From: a virus
Lineage: Duplodnaviria > Caudoviricetes
Strand: one strand, 5' to 3'
IMG/VR virus record: IMGVR_UViG_3300036453_000011
Location: 1 to 41,732 of that record
DNA: 41,732 nt
Of the stretch, positions 25,693-32,484 are shown piece by piece (within the stretch, counting starts at the first letter, position 1; each line of letters starts with the position of its first letter). The translations under genes and the position numbers were made by a program. The notes under the pieces are model-generated. The model was given only the letters and a program-made list of their open reading frames with translations, ran no database searches and was not told the origin of the DNA.

Positions 25693-26118
25693 ATGAACAA
25701 TACTAAAAATTTAGTAAGCGGTGTAGTAGAACGATTCGTAGGGTGGCTTAGTATAGTAATAGGAATAGTCCTCCTAATACCTAATCATTCCATGATGTAC
25801 AGCTCACTGAACTACGCAAAAGTACTACCCTACGTAACTACTACTATGATTATACTAGGACTTTGCAATTTATACTTCTCATGGCTAGGTGGTCTACCTT
25901 CCAGAATAGGTATATTATACATATCCATACTTACGTGGGGGTTTGCGGCGTATACTACATTAGTAGTGTCTCCTCTTGGAGGTATAGGTTTAATAACGGG
26001 TATTGCGACAGTAGTAATATGCCACTGTATAGAGAGAATATACACCCTAGGCGTGTATTTGCGTAGGGTGGGTCCTGAATCTACTTACCTGGCGGTAGAA
26101 CCAAGTGACCCAGCATAG
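25693..26118 (+). CDS. 4-TM membrane protein (lone + strand gene)
   Basis: GGGG RBS and four hydrophobic helices. It fills a gap in the - strand coding. Confidence 0.7.
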   Translation: MNNTKNLVSGVVERFVGWLSIVIGIVLLIPNHSMMYSSLNYAKVLPYVTTTMIILGLCNLYFSWLGGLPSRIGILYISILTWGFAAYTTLVVSPLGGIGLITGIATVVICHCIERIYTLGVYLRRVGPESTYLAVEPSDPA

Positions 26119-26389
26119 CGCCTAGTCGTTCATATTCTTTCTGTTGTCTCTTCAGCCACGCCAGATTTTCTTGTTGACGATGGGTAAACTCTGAGTCGGA
26201 TTCTAGTTCTTGATATTCTACTAGAATATACTCAGAGTATCCATCGTTACTGGTGATCAATCCAACATCTTCTCCGTATTTATCCAGTAGTTCGTTAAAT
26301 AGATTTCTAGCCCCGACTAATGTCATGCCATTTAACTCCATAGGCTTGGAGTGCCTAGTAAGTATACGTTTTTCACTTTCTGCAATCAT
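26081..26389 (-). CDS. Hypothetical protein (paralog-like to 26389-26670)
   Basis: Y.ELE(S/T)..E...R motif and a C-terminal Y..L... Confidence 0.7.
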   Translation of the reverse strand: MIAESEKRILTRHSKPMELNGMTLVGARNLFNELLDKYGEDVGLITSNDGYSEYILVEYQELESDSEFTHRQQENLAWLKRQQKEYERLGAMLGHLVLPPGK

Positions 26390-26670
26390 TATGATTTCTC
26401 CGTAGGTTCAAATTCAGCTTTTAGATCCATGTACAGGCTGTGTCTATAGGCCTTTTTATTATCACTGGCAGTAATACGAATAGACGCCTCCTCTTCGGTC
26501 TCGAGTTCTTTATAATCTATCTCCAAATCATCCCCGTACACAATAGCGTCTGAGCCCGCTGTTACTAGATGAGTACTTAATAATGCTATTAACTCTACTA
26601 AAAGAACGCCGTGGGCAGATATATCGAAAATGTATCGTTCTACCATCTCTTTTTTAATGATTTCGCTCAT
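26389..26670 (-). CDS. Hypothetical protein
   Basis: YKELETEEEASIRI...YMDLKAEFE. Confidence 0.7.
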   Translation of the reverse strand: MSEIIKKEMVERYIFDISAHGVLLVELIALLSTHLVTAGSDAIVYGDDLEIDYKELETEEEASIRITASDNKKAYRHSLYMDLKAEFEPTEKS

Positions 26671-26909
26671 TTCAATTCCTTCGGTAATGTTGCGATAGGC
26701 TTATTCCTAGCAAAGTATGCCTGTTGATGAACATCAAACCATGCTCGATCCTCCGCCGAATACATTTTCTTGTAATTAGCGGAGGTTTGCTCATACATCT
26801 TCTCTGCTGCCTTTTTGGCGTCAGGAGCCTTAGAGTGCATTAGCTCCCAAAGATCGGACCCAGGGGTTACAATAGTATCTTTATAACGTTTTTCTTTTAG
26901 TTCAGCCAT
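26667..26909 (-). CDS. Hypothetical protein
   Basis: ORF coupled to its neighbours. Confidence 0.65.
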   Translation of the reverse strand: MAELKEKRYKDTIVTPGSDLWELMHSKAPDAKKAAEKMYEQTSANYKKMYSAEDRAWFDVHQQAYFARNKPIATLPKELK

Positions 26910-27324
26910 GATTTAGGTACTCCGCTACTTCTACCAGACTCAAGAAATATTGCCCCCCATTAGATTTGATCAATTTACCCGTAGCTTCTAGAGAACTAAT
27001 CTGAGCTTTATTAAAGAATGGCCTATCATAGATGCCTGGGAGATCGTGCCAACAAAAGATAGTTTTATCTGGCCGTTTATTACTATCGTCAACGGCCTCT
27101 GCAATACTGTAAACCCCCATCATATCTGGGGTAATTACGTATAGACAGAAATCACAAACTTCTCGCTGTCGCAATTCCTCCGCTTGACATTCCTTGGTCC
27201 AGTTCTTTACTACAGGATTAAAGTAATCAATAGTTAATAGGGGAACCAGATCTTCTCTCCACGTTGAGCCGTTGCAGGTTCCGCCTAAGAATACTTTAGT
27301 ATAGTCGCGCATGTTTAGTGCCAT
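26902..27324 (-). CDS. Nucleoside 2-deoxyribosyltransferase-like protein
   Basis: KVFLGGTCNGSTWRE, YFNPVV..W and YVITP.M.GVYSIAEAVDDSNKRP motifs. Confidence 0.8.
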   Translation of the reverse strand: MALNMRDYTKVFLGGTCNGSTWREDLVPLLTIDYFNPVVKNWTKECQAEELRQREVCDFCLYVITPDMMGVYSIAEAVDDSNKRPDKTIFCWHDLPGIYDRPFFNKAQISSLEATGKLIKSNGGQYFLSLVEVAEYLNHG

Positions 27325-27326
27325 TA

Positions 27327-27623
27327 TTAATCCCAGTAGTCAATCTTCTTCTTACCCAGAATCTGAACCTCATAGTTCAAATCGTGACCCTTATTCAATT
27401 CCGTCCTATTTCCGGCTCGGAACTGAGCTTCTTCTTGTTGCCTAAACCATTTACTAGGCCTGTTTACTGCGTGATGACCGGCATCACTATGGTATTTAGC
27501 TAAGGTTTTAGCTAAGGATTTACCTTTTTTAGGAATTCCTACGGATAGCCTATTCGTAACTTGAACATAGACTAACATAGGGGCGTTAAACTCCCCTGTT
27601 AAACGTCGTTTAGTTTTACTCAT
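27327..27623 (-). CDS. Basic hypothetical protein
   Basis: Start MSKTKRR with a GAGGAG RBS. Confidence 0.65.
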   Translation of the reverse strand: MSKTKRRLTGEFNAPMLVYVQVTNRLSVGIPKKGKSLAKTLAKYHSDAGHHAVNRPSKWFRQQEEAQFRAGNRTELNKGHDLNYEVQILGKKKIDYWD

Positions 27624-27641
27624 ATAATTATTACTCCTCAA

Positions 27642-28136
27642 TCACCCGTTGAACCTACTAAATTCTTCACGAATATCCATTAATACTTTACCCATAAGAT
27701 TTTGACCTCTCCATTTAGAGGGATCGAGGGCTTCTTCTGTCAGGATACCTTGGCCTATTCCCCAAATTCTATCTATCGGACTAGCTTCTACCAGAATCTT
27801 ACATCCCGTACTTATCAAAGTCAAGTACGAAACATAATTTTGATTAAACTTTGCCACATTAACTATCTTCATAGCCTGTTCCCTGACGGACGCCCACTTC
27901 TCATCGTCATAACCTACTATTTCTCTACCTATTTTCTTAGCCGTAATAGGGTTACTACAAAGACTTATGCTGTTGGCGGATACGTGATCCTTAAAGAACC
28001 TAGCTTTCAAGAACATAAAGGCCTGCTCGGAACTGCCAAAAGTTGTTCCTTGTATAGTTACAGCAGTGGGGTAGTGATTTGAAAACACAGAATTATTACC
28101 ATAGAATAGTACTAGGTCATCTGTTTCTTTTTGCAT
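27642..28136 (-). CDS. NADAR (YbiA-like) family protein
   Basis: FSNHYP, SSEQAFMFLKARFF.D, AKKIGR, AKF.QN, LVEASPIDRIWGIG and W.GQNLMGKVLM.IR motifs. The ORF-track start overlaps tRNA-Trp, so the ATG at 28136 (GGAG RBS) is preferred; GTG at 28220 is an alternative. Confidence 0.92.
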   Translation of the reverse strand: MQKETDDLVLFYGNNSVFSNHYPTAVTIQGTTFGSSEQAFMFLKARFFKDHVSANSISLCSNPITAKKIGREIVGYDDEKWASVREQAMKIVNVAKFNQNYVSYLTLISTGCKILVEASPIDRIWGIGQGILTEEALDPSKWRGQNLMGKVLMDIREEFSRFNG

Positions 28137-28240
28137 GTGGTTCTCCGAAATATTAATAACGCGTGGTGCGTTGTGGAGGTTAATAGGAGGTAGTACTAAG
28201 TCGGGCCAGTGTAGTTTCACATAACCTTCAATGTTTATTG

Positions 28241-28316
28241 TGGCAAATCTCTCAGGACTCGAACCTGAATCGCACGGTTTTGGAGACCGGCATCCTTCCA
28301 ATTGGACTAGAGACTT
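28241..28316 (-). tRNA. tRNA-Trp(CCA)
   Basis: Anticodon loop CTCCAAA, G73 discriminator and encoded CCA. Confidence 0.9.
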
Positions 28317-28323
28317 TTTGTTG

Positions 28324-28409
28324 TGGTGGGAATTTTCAGATTCGAACTGAAGAAGCCTAAGGCGCGGGTTTTACAGACCCGAGATAGTTGCCGCACTATC
28401 AAAATTCCC
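28324..28409 (-). tRNA. tRNA-Tyr(GTA)
   Basis: Acceptor GGGAATT/AATTCCC, loop CTGTAAA, long variable arm and encoded CCA. Confidence 0.88.
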
Positions 28410-28415
28410 GTTACT

Positions 28416-28490
28416 TGGCAGAGAATAGAAGGATCGAACTTCTGTATGGGATCGTCAAAGGATCCTGCCTTTCCACTTGGCTAATTCTCA
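28416..28490 (-). tRNA. tRNA-Gln(TTG)
   Basis: Stem-loop GGATC-CTTTGAC-GATCC, G73 and encoded CCA. Confidence 0.9.
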
Positions 28491-28499
28491 ATTGTTTTT

Positions 28500-28796
28500 T
28501 TAAAGCGTTAACTCTTCAATACCATACTCTTCAACCATCTTCTTCCACGCAAACTCCGATTCTTCAGTACTACCGGCGTCTCCTACTAGCTGGTAGGTTA
28601 TCCCCGAGAATGCAGTACCCTTAAAGGATACCGGGTCATAAGTTTTAATGAGTCCAGAAATACGACTTATCCCAGAACCTCCTGAGCCTACGAAGTAATT
28701 TCCTTCAGTAGTAAATTTTATAGACCAGAGATGCATTTTATAATCGGGCTTATGCTCGATAGGCTCTACGACCCAATTGTCATCAGGCTCAATCAT
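28500..28796 (-). CDS. Hypothetical protein (paralog of 28789-29166)
   Basis: W.IK...EG.YFVG....SRISG.IKTYD....GTAFSGITYQLVG. ATG at 28796. Confidence 0.7.
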   Translation of the reverse strand: MIEPDDNWVVEPIEHKPDYKMHLWSIKFTTEGNYFVGSGGSGISRISGLIKTYDPVSFKGTAFSGITYQLVGDAGSTEESEFAWKKMVEEYGIEELTL

Positions 28797-29166
28797 CGTC
28801 TTCAGTCGAATCAAGTTCAGTAAGACCATTTACCCGCTTGTACGCACCCCAAACATATTCCCCATTACTAGAATACCCCCCAGGACCTACTAATTCGTAC
28901 ACCCGGCCACTTGCAGTAACACCGCGTAGTTTGTCCTTGTCAAAGGTTTTAATCGCAGTAGAGACCCTTCCCGAGCGTCCTACGTGGGTTCCTACAAAGA
29001 AGTCACCCTCTACCATGTGTTTGATAACCCATTGGCTCAGGAGAATTTCCGGCTCTTCTGTTACAGGTGCAGTTTTCCAAATACCGCCATTCGTAAAGCT
29101 AGCAATGTACTCCTTACGATCAGCTGCGAAGTCACCAAATGCTAAGTCTTTGTTATCTGCGTCCAT
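28789..29166 (-). CDS. Conserved hypothetical protein
   Basis: W.IK...EGDFFVG...GRVSTAIKTFD....GVTASGRVYELVG with a GGAG RBS. Confidence 0.75.
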   Translation of the reverse strand: MDADNKDLAFGDFAADRKEYIASFTNGGIWKTAPVTEEPEILLSQWVIKHMVEGDFFVGTHVGRSGRVSTAIKTFDKDKLRGVTASGRVYELVGPGGYSSNGEYVWGAYKRVNGLTELDSTEDDD

Positions 29167-29199
29167 TGTGCTACTCCATTTGTACTACGTTAAAAAACT

Positions 29200-29274
29200 T
29201 GGCTCCCCAGGCACGGATCGGACGTGCGACCTAACGATTAACAGTCGTTTGCTCTACCACTGAGCTACTGAGGA
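29200..29274 (-). tRNA. tRNA-Asn(GTT)
   Basis: Acceptor TCCTCAG/CTGGGGA, loop CTGTTAA, G73 and encoded CCA. The T-loop is a TCCGATC variant. Confidence 0.88.
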
Positions 29275-29283
29275 TTTGAGATC

Positions 29284-29317
29284 AAAAAAGCCTGCGACTT
29301 ATTCAGAGGCAGGCTTT
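29284..29317 (-). terminator. Attenuator terminator hairpin upstream of tRNA cluster
   Basis: AAAGCCTGC-N13-GCAGGCTTT followed by TTTG, ending about 10 nt before tRNA-Asn. Confidence 0.85.
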
Positions 29318-29353
29318 AAGTGTTTGTTACAAACTCACTTGTTAAAAGCCGCC
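29308..29353 (-). promoter_or_regulatory. Alternative antiterminator hairpin
   Basis: GGCGGCTTT (last leader codons) pairs with AAAGCCTGCC (terminator 5' arm) and encloses the inner stem AAGTG(A)GTTTG-TAA-CAAAC-ACTT. Confidence 0.7.
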
Positions 29354-29428
29354 AATACCTTCCATCCAGTTATAATTATACTGGGTTTGGTTATTTGAGA
29401 ATTGGTATGGTGAAGTGTTCATAAGCAT
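29342..29428 (-). CDS. 28-aa attenuator leader peptide rich in Asn/Gln/Tyr/Trp
   Basis: MLMNTSPYQFSNNQTQYNYNWMEGIGGF* with RBS AGGTG 7 nt upstream of the ATG. Confidence 0.75.
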   Translation of the reverse strand: MLMNTSPYQFSNNQTQYNYNWMEGIGGF

Positions 29429-29438
29429 ATGTTAACAC

Positions 29439-29771
29439 CTAATCTCTAATAGAGGAAGGAAATTTAAAACTACTTCCAGAATAACTGCGTCCCGCTTTGA
29501 TAACTGCAATGTTTATTAAGGTATTTCCTTCAAAGAAAATTAGCTTATCTCCATGAGTACCTAGCCAGTCAGCGTCTTCGTCAGTAATCTCTTTCCAAAA
29601 GTCCCTAGATAGCACAATCAAATCAGTTAGCGGATTAAAACTCTGCCTAATCTTGCCCACAGGAGTTAGCTCAACCTCTTCGACTTTCTCTTCTACGTCT
29701 TTTACAACTCCTAGAATATCCATAGGCTTACCGAAGTATCCCACTAACTTTTCGATCCACGATAAAGCCAT
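29439..29771 (-). CDS. Hypothetical protein
   Basis: ORF abutting the resolvase stop. Confidence 0.65.
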   Translation of the reverse strand: MALSWIEKLVGYFGKPMDILGVVKDVEEKVEEVELTPVGKIRQSFNPLTDLIVLSRDFWKEITDEDADWLGTHGDKLIFFEGNTLINIAVIKAGRSYSGSSFKFPSSIRD

Positions 29772-30323
29772 TTATTTTCCCTTCAATTGTTTAGGTACGT
29801 ATATAGGCATACATGCTAAACAAAGTGCATCTGCCGTATGATTCTCTTTAAAATGTAGATCCTCATCAACGCATGCTTTAGCAGCAGCTATTGAGAATTT
29901 TTTATCCAGCTTATCGCTAGGATTCTCAAAGCCTCGTACCATATGTAAAGCTTTGACTAAACTTGTCTTCCAATCAATTGCCCTCTCCAGTCTAGTAGGT
30001 AGACCTGGAGAGTGTGCCTCGTTAAAGAAGATATCGATAGCCCCGATAATTCTATTAATGATTTCAAATTCAGCAGAGTCCACGTTCTTATAGGAGATAA
30101 AGCGTTCCATAGTTAGTTGTTTAAAGACAGAATTTTTAGGTCGAAACTCCTGAAATAAAGCCGTGATGGCTAACACTCCAGCGGTAATACTCTCGTAACT
30201 AGACATGTTAAAGACCTTACTATTCAAGACTGTAATAATCTCAGTTTCCGTGTCTTGCTGAATAAGGCAGTACCCCAAGCTCTTCCATCCTGGATCTATT
30301 CCTACAAAAACGTTAATCGGCAT
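29772..30323 (-). CDS. RuvC-like Holliday junction resolvase
   Basis: FVGIDPGWKSLGY, MERF, WK and HTADA acidic motifs. Confidence 0.8.
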   Translation of the reverse strand: MPINVFVGIDPGWKSLGYCLIQQDTETEIITVLNSKVFNMSSYESITAGVLAITALFQEFRPKNSVFKQLTMERFISYKNVDSAEFEIINRIIGAIDIFFNEAHSPGLPTRLERAIDWKTSLVKALHMVRGFENPSDKLDKKFSIAAAKACVDEDLHFKENHTADALCLACMPIYVPKQLKGK

Positions 30324-30537
30324 TGGTTAACCAATCTTTCTTCTCTCGATTTAATTTCTCTATAATCTCTAGAGAGTCTTTGCCAAAGATGGCCCGCATA
30401 GTATCTCGGAACATAGCGTGATTCAGGCCCCCGCCCTCTGCAACCAACCCATGCTTACTAATATAAGTAGAGCACACTTTAAGCATAGGAGTGGGATCTG
30501 GGGTTTGTAGAAGGCCCGGAATAGTATGAATTAACAT
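30313..30537 (-). CDS. Hypothetical protein
   Basis: ORF coupled to its neighbours. Confidence 0.55.
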   Translation of the reverse strand: MLIHTIPGLLQTPDPTPMLKVCSTYISKHGLVAEGGGLNHAMFRDTMRAIFGKDSLEIIEKLNREKKDWLTNAD

Positions 30538-30944
30538 GTTAGAGTAAGATGAGATAGATCATGGTCTACCGGGTACTTAGGCATAGGTCGAGTTTTGTAG
30601 TATTCTAACCAGTATTTTTGAGTGTCTTCTGGCGAAGAGTTGGGGAGAGGCCAAAGACCTGCGATAGCAGGATTATAAGGTAATGGTTTATTGCGATCTT
30701 GATCTGAGTAAAATGGAGAGTTGGGGGCAGGGGCTACAACCTTTTTAGGCTCATGCTTATCCTCCGGGAACGCACTAAAAATAGGAGCCTTGTTATGAAG
30801 TACAGGAGTTACCTTAGTCATTACTAATTCCAAATGATCCTTAATACCTTGAAGCTTATCCGTTGCGACTGCTTGGGATAGAGAGTCTACGTCCGTGTAT
30901 TCAAGCATTCCCTGAAGCCAGTAAATGAAGTTTTCTTGATTCAT
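30531..30944 (-). CDS. Hypothetical phage protein
   Basis: NFIYWLQGMLE...IKDHLELVMTKVTP is a common phage family N-terminus. Confidence 0.75.
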   Translation of the reverse strand: MNQENFIYWLQGMLEYTDVDSLSQAVATDKLQGIKDHLELVMTKVTPVLHNKAPIFSAFPEDKHEPKKVVAPAPNSPFYSDQDRNKPLPYNPAIAGLWPLPNSSPEDTQKYWLEYYKTRPMPKYPVDHDLSHLTLTC

Positions 30945-30972
30945 ATATTTCTTTCTAATATAATTAAGTTAA

Positions 30973-30998
30973 AGCTTAGTCTAGCATGACTAAGCTTG
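30973..30998 (-). terminator. Hairpin/terminator after ligase
   Basis: aagcttagtc-tagcat-gactaagctt. Confidence 0.5.
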
Positions 30999-31009
30999 GT
31001 TGTCAAAGA

Positions 31010-32143
31010 CTATTCGTCTTCCGCTCTGAGACAAATTCCTACTGGAAAGATAGGTACCCCGTCCTTGGAAAGTTCTTGGTAACTAACCGTCAGCAGCGTC
31101 TGCAAATAGATCTTTGCATTATCAAACCACTCTTTACGCTGTTCACGAGTACCAGTAGGGCGAACGTCGAACTCCATTCTATTCGCTGTCATACAGCGCC
31201 AGATCACGGTACCCTCATCTGAGCCAGTTCCCGACTTGTACCCTACTATAATAAACTCCTCATCCAGAAAATCCTTAACCTTTTGCAGGTTAACACTACG
31301 AAAGTCAAAGATATACTTACCTTTACGATTACGAATCATAGTCCCTTCAAACTTTAGAGACCAAATAACGTGCTGGGCCATAAGCTGCTCTTCATTCTCG
31401 ACTAGTATAGTCTCTACAATTTTGATAGGAGAATCTTCAGGTAGGGTGTCGCGGATTCGCATGAGAATATCCATTCGATCTTCGTAATCCAACGTGGTAT
31501 CCGCTATATCATAGACCCAATATTCTAGACTAGCCGTACCTGAATTTACTTTCTTAACTGCTGCATTAATATCCTGAAGAGGCATACCGTGAAGATAAAT
31601 TTCTCCGTCCAAAGGCGCTTCTGGAATCCAGAGTAGTTCTCTAACCGCATCTTCTATATGAGTTAGAGTAGTGTAAGATTTACTCCCCCTAGAGGTTATA
31701 CTTACTGTACCATCCTCATAGTTAGAGTCCAGAGCCCTAAGCCCATTCAACTTAGGCTGAATATACACAGGCCAGTCCAGATCATGAGCTCTGTCACTAT
31801 ACTTATGCGCAAGCATTGGTCGTAAGTTAGAGAATTCATCCACGCTGGTAGGAATGGTTTCGGAGTAGTTTTTGTCAAGTTTCTTCTGATGCTTTGCCGC
31901 CGCCTCGAGAATAGCTTGACTGCAGGGAGTTGTCTCATTTTTACGTCCTATGTTTTTGCCTAGAATAAAGGAGGAATAATCGCAGGTTATAATTTGATCT
32001 TTATAACCGTGGCTAGAGCATACCTTAAATCCGTCAGGATATTCTAGAACGGATACGCTCCAGGTTTTAACTTTACCCGTGGAGGAGAGGGAATACAGGG
32101 TTGGAAGAGATGTTACTACTTGGGTTGTTGTAGTTTGAGTCAT
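31010..32143 (-). CDS. ATP-dependent DNA ligase
   Basis: PMLAH, QPKLNGLRA (motif I), LDGEIY, YWVYD, EGTMIR, LQKVK and V.YQELS.DGVP.FPV motifs. Confidence 0.92.
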   Translation of the reverse strand: MTQTTTTQVVTSLPTLYSLSSTGKVKTWSVSVLEYPDGFKVCSSHGYKDQIITCDYSSFILGKNIGRKNETTPCSQAILEAAAKHQKKLDKNYSETIPTSVDEFSNLRPMLAHKYSDRAHDLDWPVYIQPKLNGLRALDSNYEDGTVSITSRGSKSYTTLTHIEDAVRELLWIPEAPLDGEIYLHGMPLQDINAAVKKVNSGTASLEYWVYDIADTTLDYEDRMDILMRIRDTLPEDSPIKIVETILVENEEQLMAQHVIWSLKFEGTMIRNRKGKYIFDFRSVNLQKVKDFLDEEFIIVGYKSGTGSDEGTVIWRCMTANRMEFDVRPTGTREQRKEWFDNAKIYLQTLLTVSYQELSKDGVPIFPVGICLRAEDE

Positions 32144-32145
32144 TA

Positions 32146-32427
32146 CTAGCTCCGATCTTCAAATACGTGCCCTACGAAACTCCTTAGTTGAACAGTACCT
32201 AGGTGAACCTTGTTATCGGTATTCATTATGTTCATACCAGTAGTATATACCTCAAATTTTCTATCTTCCAGTGTACCTGCTTTAGGGTATAGTTTATCTA
32301 CTTTAGGGCATAGTGCCCACATGCATATCTTATCATCTTGGTTCTGAACGCTTAAAACTACGGAGCCTTTAGGCATAGAGATGATTTGCTCATCTATTTC
32401 TAAAGTATATTTAAGTACTTGTTTCAT
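32146..32427 (-). CDS. Conserved phage hypothetical protein
   Basis: MPKGSVVLSVQNQ...MWAL...TG...LGTVQ...FVGHVFE pattern. Confidence 0.75.
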   Translation of the reverse strand: MKQVLKYTLEIDEQIISMPKGSVVLSVQNQDDKICMWALCPKVDKLYPKAGTLEDRKFEVYTTGMNIMNTDNKVHLGTVQLRSFVGHVFEDRS

Positions 32428-32447
32428 TTAATAATCCTTGTTATATT

Positions 32448-32474
32448 AAAAAGCCCAGACTAAGCTGGGCTTTT
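32448..32474. terminator. Intrinsic terminator after RNR
   Basis: aaaagcccag-actaag-ctgggctttt. Confidence 0.8.
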
Positions 32475-32484
32475 GTTTTTCTAA

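Noticed and set aside
28137-28301. N-terminal extension of NADAR in the ORF track
   Set aside because: It overlaps tRNA-Trp. A start with an RBS exists at 28136, or GTG at 28220.
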